A stretch of 64,000 nucleotides of DNA from Phyllosticta citribraziliensis (lineage: Eukaryota): the NCBI RefSeq assembly GCF_038025025.1, contig NW_027117339.1, positions 620,001 to 684,000 of the forward strand, given 5' to 3'. The position numbers were made by a program, and so were the translations under genes. The notes beneath the pieces are model-generated. The model searched no databases and was not told the DNA's origin. It saw only the letters and a list, made by a program, of their open reading frames with translations. Positions 1 to 10,285 of this stretch are shown here, piece after piece. Numbering within the stretch: position 1 is the first letter of the stretch; every line of letters begins with the position of its first letter.

Positions 1-1
1 T

Positions 2-475
2 GAATGCGACTTTTTCGGGACTTCCGACGTCTGCATGAAAGCTCTTGACCAGTTAGGCCATTCCGAAGGTCTCGTTCGGTTCAAAGGCGAAGGCAGGAAA
101 AGCTTCAGCTGTCGTATACTCCACTCTCTTTTACAGGTGTGGAAGTCAAGCGAGACATCAGTCATCCAGGAGGAAGTCATCCAGGAGGAAGAACCCACCC
201 AGGAGGAAGAACCCATCCAGGAGCAAGAGAACAACAATGGAGAGGGGTCATTTGTGCAGGCGGACGCAGACGAAATCAGCAGGGATATGGGAACCAAGTA
301 TGAGGATGCAGAAGCTGCAAAAGACGCAAGGAGACGGGAGATAAACAAACAAAGAAAGAAAAAAAACAAGGTGAACCGAAAACGAAGGGCAGCCGAAGCC
401 GAAGCCGAAGCCGAAGCCGAAGCCAAGTCCAACACGGAGTCCTTGGCTCGCAGCGACAAGAGGAGAAAATTGTGA
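2..475 (+). CDS. 3' end of an unknown protein (acidic repeats, basic NLS-like tail), 5'-truncated by the window edge
   Basis: Frame is open from base 2 to TGA at 473-475. It contains VIQEE/EPTQEE repeats, KQRKKKNKVNRKRR and an (EA)n run. No family recognised. Confidence 0.45.
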   Translation, partial: ECDFFGTSDVCMKALDQLGHSEGLVRFKGEGRKSFSCRILHSLLQVWKSSETSVIQEEVIQEEEPTQEEEPIQEQENNNGEGSFVQADADEISRDMGTKYEDAEAAKDARRREINKQRKKKNKVNRKRRAAEAEAEAEAEAKSNTESLARSDKRRKL

Positions 476-751
476 AAGGAGCGGCAATGTGTGTTTTGGT
501 AGTATGGATAGCAGGCCTTTGCGCCGCAGGCGGAGCGACGACGTCGACGATTGGGGGTTGTCTTTCAAACGCTGGGTAATTTTCCGCGCGTTCTCTAGAA
601 AATATAGCTACTACAATCCCCGGTTTCTCAAGGTTGTGCGTCTTCTTGCACGAATTTCACGCGTGCGTCTCATCTGATGAAGCAAAGTGACCTTGGTCTA
701 CAGATACTTAATTTCCTTCCAAAATACACAAAGGTCTGAACACAATTACGA

Positions 752-3466
752 TTACGTTTTCTTTCCCTCCATCTTCATCAGTTCGTTCTCTCGCTTAATT
801 TCCCGCTCGACCTCACGTTCCTCCTTCTGTTTGAGCAAGGATTGCACCTTGATCAGGTGAGTTGAATTCCTCCACTGATTCCGTCTTGCTCCTGGCGCTG
901 CTGCTTGGGTACTGTAGTCATCCAACACCGTAAAAAGTAACCGGGAGTGGTAATGCTTGCTGTTCTCATCAGGAAGCTGTTTGCAATCAATGTCCTTACC
1001 AAGTTGCTGAAGGTATCCCTCGTACTCCACTGAAAGATCATAGAAGCTGCGCTCAATATCACCGCAAACGAGTGTTGGAAGACCTTTCTTCAGCGCGTCA
1101 ATGATCTGTTCCAAGGATAATTCCATATCTTCTTGCTGTTGCGAATTCTCCTTCTCTTTGTCTTCCAGTGCTTGTATCAACTTCTTCCTCTTGTTCTTCA
1201 CTGTGTTGTTGCGAATGTCTTCCCTGCACCGCCACTCCTCGTGATGCCTTCGTAGCTGGCTTGCGAGCAGAGAGAAGGTCGGTATGGAGGAATCGTCCTC
1301 GCTGCTCCCCAAGATTATATGAGACAACGTCTTCACAGGCACGGGCGGGTCCAAGATGCTCTCACGATCGTGGTACTGGAAATCATTTCCGACCTTTTGG
1401 ACACGTGAGTTGACCGTGTTCATAAAGGCTGTTCCATCCATTGCAACATCGCAGGGGAACCAATTCGGCTGGTGTTGACAAAGTATCGCATCTTGCCTCG
1501 CTTCTTTGATCTCCGGGTACCAGACATGGAGCGCTTGAACCAAGTGGGAAAAGACAAAAATGCTGAAGTTCTCGTTCGCGAAGTTGAGTTCGGCCGCGTA
1601 GTCCACAAGTCTTCGCTTCAACCCTGCAATGCCGACGTAAATGGGCTGTAATATGTCATAAGACTGACGCTCCGCTGGAACTGTATACCAGCTCACGTCG
1701 ATCGGTTGTCCAAAGACGCGATTCGATTCCACTCGACGGAGCCCAGACTCGTTGTAAATCCGGACGGTCTTTCGCTCTCCTTTTCCCCTGACAAATTGAA
1801 CTTCGTCCTCTGCTTTGTCATTGCTTGTCCACTCATACTTGTAGAGAAAGGTCGGCAATCTGTCCTTTTTCTTTAGCATTGCGGCTTTCATTCTAGTATG
1901 GTAGGATTTCAATTCACATTCGGCGTGAACACTCGCCATCTGCTTTCTATCACAGTGTTGCGTCCTTCGGTCGTCTCGCAAATCCCAGTCTTTTTCGTTG
2001 CTGTATTTCTCGTTGGCACAGAACTCGTCATAAATTTTCCAGTGCAGCAAGCTCTCCTTTTTAACGGTTTTCGGGTCCAGAAGTTGGCGAAGTTTTGCCA
2101 GCAATTGAATGCTGAAGCTAGTAGCCATATCGGGTAGATTGTTGGCGACGATGACCTCACGGAGGGCTTGTGTAAACCAATCTGTTGGAAATGACTCGCC
2201 ATGAGCCTTCAACCTGAGGGCAAAGGTGTTTTTACTGTCGTCATCGTCCCAGGCTTCTTCGTCTCCTTCTCTTTCCCCGTCACGGATAAGCCTGTATGTA
2301 TACAGAAGCTTGAGCTCATTGAGGAGCTCCCAGGACGTTTTGATTTGATCGTCATATCTCGTCTTCAATCTCTTTCGTTTTTCAAGCTCTTTGGCCTCTG
2401 TCGTCAATTTACGTTTGTTTCCTTGAGGTACAGTTCCCTCCCCTTGACTGTCGGGATGCACGTGCGTCAGGTCAATCGGATATCCTGGGACTGGACATTT
2501 TTCAACCTGATTGTGCCATTGCTTTGCCATGGCTTGATAATTGGCCATGACGTAGGTGGAGGGAAAGTGGATAAGGTCCATGTTTCGCACCAGTGACGAC
2601 AAAGTGGAAGCGGACGCGGACGCGGGCACGGATGCAGATGCGGATGCAGACCCAGACGCGTTATCGATTTGCTTCTTTGGCAGCAGTCCGCGTATATCTG
2701 CCAAGAAGTCATCTGGTAGATCCGGGTTGTCCACACTAAGGAGAGCGTAATTCCGAGTCCTGTACCAGTTGTTCTTGAGAGATGTCATTTTTTTGAACAT
2801 TTGTTTGGTGTCCATTTTGTTCACAAATTCCGCTTCCAGCCGTTTGACTCTTTCGAGGACGGCGTAGGTGATCAACGTGGCTTGAACCAAACCCCGTCCA
2901 ACCTTCTTGTAGCTGCTCCACGCATCCATGACTTCGTTTGTAGTGGAAGAAATTTGGGTCAAGACGCTGTAAAGTTCTTTGGCAAAATCCCTGCGATGGT
3001 CCCTCAGCATGCCGTACATCGTTTCGCACGTCTCAATGAACCATCTGTGGTGTTCGTTCTCCTTCTTTAATTCCGGTTTCGTCTCGACAAAGTGTTGATG
3101 CACTATCTTCCGCAGCTGGATGCACTCTTCGAACTGGGCTGATAAAGCCACCGGAAGCAAAGCATTCTTCTCCTCAAGATATTCTGCTTGCTTCTTCAAC
3201 CTGCCCGACGCGCTGTCGCGGTATACCAAATAGTCTCCCTCTGGCCAATCTTTCCATGTCTCTTTCTCTTCAAGGCTCACATCTTTGAGACTAATCAAAT
3301 CGGCCTCCCAGCCCTTTTGAATGGCGGTCGTTTTGATCCAATCCGAAACGTTGTCCGTCAATGGCTTGTACCTGGCATGAAGAGCTCGAACCTCGTATTC
3401 TTCCAAGCTCTTTCCAATTTCCTCATTGTTTTTCTGTATTACTCCTTGTGGATCTCCCTCGTCCAT
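752..3466 (-). CDS. 904-aa intronless protein with an N-terminal DUF6604-like domain
   Basis: Long stop-free ORF. The N-terminus (RYKPLTDNVSDWIKTTA...GW, SGRLK, FEECIQLRK...NEHHRWFIETC) follows the fungal DUF6604 pattern as I recall it (YKxDTxxxxxWLxxTA / I..R / H.yFi.vL). The rest is helical/charged and unassigned. Confidence 0.7.
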   Translation of the reverse strand: MDEGDPQGVIQKNNEEIGKSLEEYEVRALHARYKPLTDNVSDWIKTTAIQKGWEADLISLKDVSLEEKETWKDWPEGDYLVYRDSASGRLKKQAEYLEEKNALLPVALSAQFEECIQLRKIVHQHFVETKPELKKENEHHRWFIETCETMYGMLRDHRRDFAKELYSVLTQISSTTNEVMDAWSSYKKVGRGLVQATLITYAVLERVKRLEAEFVNKMDTKQMFKKMTSLKNNWYRTRNYALLSVDNPDLPDDFLADIRGLLPKKQIDNASGSASASASVPASASASTLSSLVRNMDLIHFPSTYVMANYQAMAKQWHNQVEKCPVPGYPIDLTHVHPDSQGEGTVPQGNKRKLTTEAKELEKRKRLKTRYDDQIKTSWELLNELKLLYTYRLIRDGEREGDEEAWDDDDSKNTFALRLKAHGESFPTDWFTQALREVIVANNLPDMATSFSIQLLAKLRQLLDPKTVKKESLLHWKIYDEFCANEKYSNEKDWDLRDDRRTQHCDRKQMASVHAECELKSYHTRMKAAMLKKKDRLPTFLYKYEWTSNDKAEDEVQFVRGKGERKTVRIYNESGLRRVESNRVFGQPIDVSWYTVPAERQSYDILQPIYVGIAGLKRRLVDYAAELNFANENFSIFVFSHLVQALHVWYPEIKEARQDAILCQHQPNWFPCDVAMDGTAFMNTVNSRVQKVGNDFQYHDRESILDPPVPVKTLSHIILGSSEDDSSIPTFSLLASQLRRHHEEWRCREDIRNNTVKNKRKKLIQALEDKEKENSQQQEDMELSLEQIIDALKKGLPTLVCGDIERSFYDLSVEYEGYLQQLGKDIDCKQLPDENSKHYHSRLLFTVLDDYSTQAAAPGARRNQWRNSTHLIKVQSLLKQKEEREVEREIKRENELMKMEGKKT

Positions 3467-4583
3467 TTGGTATCTCGGTAAACGTGAGTGTCAGGGTGGT
3501 AGGAAGTCGAGGCGGCTGCGCGAGGTATTCGAAAGACAGGACGCTGACGATACCTCAGAAGAGAATTGATGTATGGCCCCTGGGAGCACAAAGGAATACT
3601 CCGAGATAATTTCAAGACGCTTGCAGCGCTATTGTTCCTTTGGAAACGCCATCGGGTCCAAGAACGTTGCTCACCCTCGAGATCGATCGTGACCCGACGA
3701 CCCCGGCTCCAAGATGCGAATAAAATCGGATGACTACGCTGGACAAAGAAGAAACAGCGAAATGTGCAAATAAAGAAGGCTGCCCGCATTCATCAATAAG
3801 ATGAGCATCTACACAAAGAACAGTGCGATGCTGTTGTCCCTGAAAGTGGGAATGCTCATTCTGAAAATGCTCAACTTTGTTGTGGCGGAAAGGGAACACA
3901 GCTCAACGATTGGACGGGAAAGAAAAAGACCGGCTTGTCTTAAAGTTCTGAACAGTGGTGATTACCTCCCGTGGGCTGTATATTACAGCAGACTAATGCT
4001 CCTGGTAGAACGGGAGCTCCTTGAGCGCTAGTCACGTAGGAAGTCCCCGTAGCCGTTGTTGTGATAATGGACGATTGCTCCATTGGCATCGCAATGGTAG
4101 CTCCCTGCGGCAATTACAGGGCTAGGAAGAGACAACTGTATCGATACAGCCTGTCCGAAACCTTCGGCTCATCACGGCGAGAGCATCACCAAGAAAATGG
4201 AATTGAATGCGCCTTCATTGACTCCGGTCTGATGCGATAGTTCTCTTGAGGTTGGACACATTGGACTGCGTGCGCGAGGGTTTAGCCAAAGGTGGAGGAT
4301 TGGAAGAGCTTCTTTTGCCTGTAATTGAGCGAGCATGTTGATTCCAAACTTCCACCACCGTAGGCAACTGCTTGGCCACTGGCAGACACGAGGAAGAGTG
4401 GTGCGTTGCTGGTCGAGAAAACGCACGGCCGTCGGGTGGGAGTATTGAGTTACGGCTTTAATTCGGGAGATCCGCTAGCTGGATCGCGTCCGGGCGGTCG
4501 AACTGCAACGTCGACGGGAGGTACACGCCAGCGCCTACACAACACCACGGAGCGCATGCACACGACCTCGCCCGCCTTCAGCC

Positions 4584-5410
4584 ATGGACTCTTTTCTCAG
4601 GGCGTTGAGCTACCTGCTCCTCTTCGCCAGCCTGCCCCTCGTATCCGCCCTCAAATTTGAGATAGCAGCTTTCCCCGACCACATCTCTGCCAGCAAAGAG
4701 CGATGCATCCGGAACTTTGTTTTGAGAGACCAATTGGTCGTCGTGACTACCATCAGCGATGGCTACAGAGGGGATGGCCAGATGTTGAACATGCACGTAA
4801 GAATTTCCAAGAAGCACCTCCCTCGCAAGCTGGAAGTCGCAGCTAACACGTTGCTTGTCAGATCAAGGATGCCGTGGGCAATGACTACGGCCGTCCCAAG
4901 GACGTCGTTGGCGAGAACCGATACGCCTTTACCTCTGTCGCCGACTCTGCATTCGACGTCTGCTTCCGCAACATTCAAACATCCAGTACGTGAAAGCTTC
5001 AAGGATTACGCGCCGCCGACTAACACGCCTCTGCACTCAGGCACCCCCAATCTGGCAAGATCTGTCGAGCTCGATATTGACATTGGCGCCGACGCCAAGG
5101 ACTGGAACGCGATCCAGAGCACCGAGAAGCTCAAGCCGGTCGAGGCCGAGCTTCGCCGCATCGAGGAGCTGGTTGGCGAGATTGTCGGCGAAATGGAATA
5201 CCTGCGCGGGCGCGAGCAGAAGCTTCGGGACACGAACGAGAGCACAAACGAGCGGGTCAAGTGGTTCGCTTTTGGAACCATGGGCATGTTGGTTGGACTC
5301 GGCGCATGGCAGGTCGTCTACCTGCGGGCTTACTTCAGGTGCGCACGCTTGAGAGCATGTCGTTTGCGTCAAAGGCTGACAGGAAATCTAGGTCGAAGCA
5401 TCTCATCTAG
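4584..5410 (+). CDS. erv25: p24 family (emp24/gp25L) ER-Golgi cargo receptor, Erv25/p24delta
   Basis: Exons 4584-4796, 4862-4985, 5041-5338, 5392-5410 with GT-AG introns and CTAAC/CTGAC branch sites. Signal peptide, GOLD domain (ERCIRNFV), coiled coil [27 protein letters not shown] helix, tail YFRSKHLI. Confidence 0.95.
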
Positions 5411-6448
5411 AGCAAAGCATGCGATTATGCTAGTTTACGAAGCATCCAGGGCTAAGGGTATAGTTCTAAGCGGGTCTCAGGCGTCGAATGTGTGCACATG
5501 CTTTGCTTCTCCTTTTCCATTTTTCAAAAGTCGTGTCCACTCTGAATACGGGTCCAGTTACTCAGTCCACAGAAATAAGCTCCGGGTGGAGCAGAAAAGC
5601 CTCTTATCTCGAATCCGTTAGCTGACGAGTGTCTTGGCCAAAACATTTTTGAAGCTTCATGCTGGCTGGCTCTGACGGCTTCCGCAATGTGAGATCAGGT
5701 ATGCGGCTGCTTATGGGACACCGATATGTCTCACCACCACCTGCTTGCTCGTCCACAGGCAGAGACGCGTGTGGCATCCCAGCGAAATATTTGTCGCGCC
5801 TACTCCGTCACGAAGAACTTCTCAATAAACCGGGAAACAACGCGAAGACTTGTCAAAACACGACATCTGGATTTCAGGAAGCCGCATTGCAGACATCTGT
5901 ACATGGCAAGCTCTGTACCATCACGCCTTCCGGATTCAGAGAGGCTCAATCACTCGCAAGCTTCAACTTTGCTCAGGTCTACAGCTGTCCACACCAAACC
6001 AACCTCAAGATTGCCTCTCAGCTTCCTACGTCCTGTCCATAGACATACCAAAGGCTTTCCGTATTGCTCCCTACTACAATTTGATCCACGCGGACATTCG
6101 AAAATCCATCGTCATCAACAGCAAGCATGTGCAGCAACACTGCGACAGCTACGCCCAACGACAGGTCAGCTCCCGGCGCACTCAGCAACAAGCCTGTTAC
6201 GGTCGCTCGTCCGCCTGCCTACAGGCGCGATTCACAGGCCGAGTTGGCAACAAGCCAACTGCCCGTCCCAACTCACCCGCCAAACACCCCGAGACTGCCT
6301 TCAGATGACAATCTCCGCTCTGCAGTAGCCGGTGTGACGAGAGAAAGTGATCCGAAAGCAAAGTGCGTGGACCGTAGTTCCCATTCCCCTGAAGTGAATT
6401 CAACTTCTCCACTTCTCCAATCCCAACTTTGGCATACCGGCCTACACA

Positions 6449-7243
6449 ATGACTAGCGTTGACAAAACCTCCAGTCCACCGGTCTCCTCCGGCACCTCAA
6501 CCGCCATCGTCGAGTTACTCGCTGGCCAGACTGGGAAGCCCTTCAGAGTACACCGGGACCTCCTAATAAACAAATCTCCCTACTTCCGCACGCTCCTCTC
6601 AGCCCCATCATCCTCATCCACCAGCCCGAAAGCCTCGTTCCCGGACCTGGACGAGTTCGCATTTGCGCTCTTCGTGCGCTGGCTGTACGGCGCAACGCTG
6701 CGCGGGCCTTCAGACTACGCCAGCATGCAGCACTACCTCTGCCTGTACGTCCTTGCGCGCCGCTTCCGCATCGAGCGCCTGCAGAACGACGTTGTCGATC
6801 TCGTCAGGGCGTACTACCGTGCGGGAAATATGACGGCGCCCGCGCATCGGCTGGAATACCTGTACGACGCGACTGCCACTATTCCTGCCACTGGCACGCC
6901 CGGCACTGTGAGCGGTGGGGCGGACGCACCGCCTTCCTACACGACAGCGGCGGTAGAGACCTTGCAGGCTAGTGTCAACGTCAAGAACAACAGTAACCAA
7001 ATGCGGCGCTTCCTGGTCGCTACCGCAGCATACCGCTACCTGTGCGAGCGCGAACCACGCCTCAGCGACGCGATGCGCGGCGTCATTTCCCGAGGTGGTG
7101 ACCTGGCTGTTGATTTCGCAGAGGCCATGGCCGCGTTGCATCAAAATCAGGTCAGCGATGCCAGGAAGGGAAGTGATTGCGCTTTTCATGAGCACAAGGA
7201 GACGCCGGTCTGTCGGGCCAGAATTGCAGAGGCGTTTGAATGA
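6449..7243 (+). CDS. BTB/POZ domain protein
   Basis: FRVHRDLLINKSPYF...FPDLDEFAFALFVRWLY...LYVLARRFRIERLQNDVVD is a typical fungal BTB domain. C-terminal CAFHEH motif. Single exon. Confidence 0.9.
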   Translation: MTSVDKTSSPPVSSGTSTAIVELLAGQTGKPFRVHRDLLINKSPYFRTLLSAPSSSSTSPKASFPDLDEFAFALFVRWLYGATLRGPSDYASMQHYLCLYVLARRFRIERLQNDVVDLVRAYYRAGNMTAPAHRLEYLYDATATIPATGTPGTVSGGADAPPSYTTAAVETLQASVNVKNNSNQMRRFLVATAAYRYLCEREPRLSDAMRGVISRGGDLAVDFAEAMAALHQNQVSDARKGSDCAFHEHKETPVCRARIAEAFE

Positions 7244-7476
7244 GCTGGGAGGGCGTTTGGTGGAGGGAAAGGGGGGAAAAGCGTTTGGAGGGGTTTTCGA
7301 CTTGACATTGGTAAGTTGAGCTCACATCAGATTGACTGAAATCCCTAGATTCGTTTTTGGGAGGTTGGCTACAGGTTACCTATATTGCTATGCGTCAATA
7401 TCTTGCCGACTTTTCGCCCTATCGAAACGCCTTTTTGATATTCATGTCATGTCTTGTCGCTGGTGCTGGTGCCAGG

Positions 7477-9415
7477 TCACGTCCCATGCTGTCCCACAAA
7501 GCCATTTTCAAGCACCACGATGAGATCGTCGAGTCTGGAGTCATGTTAGCGTTCAGTGAGCGCGGGTCAGAGTCATCATCCACGAGGTCAACTCTCCCAA
7601 GTCCAGAACAAAAGGGGGGAGCATACCTCCGGATCACCAAATCCGTCTCCTCCCTCCTCGCCAGATGCATGTTGCTCTCGTTGAGCAGCAATACCGTCGC
7701 CGCGCCTGCTCTCCGGCCCGCCATCATATCGTCCAGGCTGTCACCCACCATGATGAGACTCGGTGCCGAACCCACAATGCCCGCGCCCGCCGCCGCCGCC
7801 GCCGCGCTCTCAAAGTCCGTCCCAGCCTCCGGCGGCGTGAGAGGCGACGGGGGCACAACAGCCTGGGCATCAAGCGGCGGCGGCATACCCGCAGCAGGAG
7901 CAACAGACGGCTCTAAACAGCCCCACTTCTTCGCAATCTGCAGAATTCCCGCGGGACTAGGCTTCGGCGGGCGAAAGTCGCGGGTAACAATGGGATCGAA
8001 GCTGTGACCGGGCAGGAACTTTTCAAGCAGGTGCAGGACGGGGGCGTCGAAGTTACGCGTGCAGATGGCCTTGCGCAGCATGCGCGACTCGAGGTAGTCC
8101 ATCAGCGGCACGAGGCCTGGCTGCGGCGTTTGCACGGCCATGGCGCGCCGTTCGATGGCTTGAATCAGGCTAAAGGCCGCCGGTTGTTGGGCGGGAGGCA
8201 GCGCGTAGATGTGGTCGAGGATGTCGACTTGTGGGGGGATGGCGAGAGCGGCTCTGGTTGTTGGGTCGGTGGTTAGATGGAGGGTTGGTGACGTGTTGGT
8301 GGGTGGAAGTGGTATATCAAGAGACGATAGCCAACGCCTCGACGAACAGATCTTTCTTTTTGGCAACGAAAGAGTTTGATGTAGGATTAGAGGAAAAAGA
8401 CAAGACCTACCTCATCTCCGTAAACATGTAGTTCTGCGGCTCACCTAGGGGGCACACATGGCACATCAGCGCAATCCTTGCACGAACCCAGTCGCCCGCT
8501 GATCATCACCTAAACCAAACCTCTACCCTAATCGGAACAGCAGCAGACCCTGCTAAGAAAGAACCTCACATCATCCCATCCGATACCATCCGTCCCTTGC
8601 TAGATTCAATCCACACGCAGAGAACAAAGAAATGGAAATGATCAATACTCACACAGCGTCCCGTCGACATCAAAAACCACGCCCCGCACCCACCGCACGT
8701 TCTCCTGCCCCACCAGCCGCCTCGCCTTGGCCGGGTCCAGTGGGGCAAAGCGACGAGAGACGGCTCCGATGCCGTTGCCGCCGCTCGCGATGCCCATTGC
8801 GGCGGGACTTGGTGCGGCCGCGGCGGCGGACGAGGCGGGACTGGCAGCGGCGCCACTGCCGCTGGGGGAGGGAGCGGCCATGTCGTTGCTAGAGGCAGCA
8901 GACGTCTCGCAGGTTGTCGTTGCTTCGGGGGACGGGATGGCGGAGCTCTTGCTGTGGATTGTTGCGGAACTGGAGTCCCTCAACGACGTGAGAAGGCTTC
9001 TTCGGGGCGTAGAAGAATGGCCAAGAAGAGAGTGGGAGGAGAGAAGAGTGGACGATGCGGGTCTCGAGTGACGATGAAATGTTCGGGCCAGATTCGGCCG
9101 GCTGCTGAGCAACGAATGGGTGGTGGTGGTTTTGTGACTGAGTCCCCTGTAGACGCAGCCGCCACGTGCCGCCGCCGCCGCCGCCGCAGAGGAGCGGAAG
9201 AGCCGGGGTGAGCTAGCAGGACGGTGGAGGGGAGGGGGATATGGAGCGGATACGGGGTCTGGTGCCGTCGTGTATGCCGGTGCTGTAGTGGAGGAGGAGG
9301 AGAAAAGGGCACGGCGAGATAAGCGTGACGATGGCGTGAGAAACGAGAAGGTGGAGGAATAAAAATATGGTGAAGACGGACACAAAGAAGTAAAGCGACG
9401 GCGGGAAAGAAGCAT
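7477..9415 (-). CDS. HAD-superfamily hydrolase (YOR131C-like) with a long N-terminal extension
   Basis: Exons 9415(or 8881)-8653, 8444-8411, 8253-7627, 7534-7477. Motif I FDVDGTL-CEPQNYMF, motif II AICTRN, motif III PKPSP, motif IV MVGDSLDDMMAGRRAG. Start codon uncertain. Confidence 0.88.
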
Positions 9416-10285
9416 TAGTAAAGGATTAAAGAAGACGTCGTTCGTCGGCACTTGCAGCTACCGAAAGACGAATACGCGGTGGTTAGTCAGAGAGAGGGAA
9501 GCGGTGACAGCAACTGGAGGCTGTCTTTGCGTAGCTCAGGTGCTTCAGGTATCTTGGGCAGTGGCTTGTAAAAGCTAGGGTGGGGTGATGGCCGCTGGAG
9601 GAGTCGGGAAGACGTTAGCCAGATCAAGAGGCATCAAGGTTAAGGTGAGTTTGGAAAGCAGCGGGAGCGTGGCCTGCATGGGTCTGTCGCGTGGACTGAC
9701 GGGGATACGGCTGCTCAGAGTCGCTGCCGAGAAATTGCCGTCCTCTGCGTGGGCATCAAAGTCGATCTGCCGTGCCCCCCATCGTCCATGACGTCCGAGC
9801 CATGTGATTGATTCATGTAGACACCATCTTCTGGAAAAGTCACAATTTCATTCTGAGCCTATGAAACTATAGGGTGGAGAAGGACTTGTAGCCGCAGGAA
9901 GAGGAGAAAGGAAAACTTCAGCCGAAGGTGCAAAAGCCCGTGTTGTGGACCGCAGAATAAGGGGAAAATGACCTCGTGCACCGAACCCCACGCCCGGTTT
10001 CCAGTATCCGTCACCATTCCCAGCCGTAAAGACATCCATCCAAAAGAGTGTGTGGCAGCCTGCTCCCAGTACTCCTTGGCGAAAGGCTGATTTGCATGTA
10101 GGGAGTGAAAGCCGCCCCTCCCGAGTATCCAAGCGCCGTTCCATTGGGGGTCAATTGAAAAACAAAAAGCAGATGCAGCAACGCTGCCTGATGATGATGG
10201 CTGAATGTCATCAACGTGTAGGTACGCATGTTGTGCTCACGTCGAGGTTTAATGCGCTTCGAGCCGCATTTTACCAGTCGTTTGC

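Noticed and set aside
161..225. Tandem peptide repeats (VIQEE, EPTQEE) as a possible RiPP/KEP precursor
   Set aside because: No KR/RR Kex2 sites between repeats, no aromatic core, an NLS-like tail, and ~60 kb from the DUF3328 gene.
5659..6456. Overlapping 100-200 codon ORFs in three frames upstream of the BTB gene
   Set aside because: No recognisable motif and no clear splice path into the BTB frame. Most likely promoter or 5' UTR.
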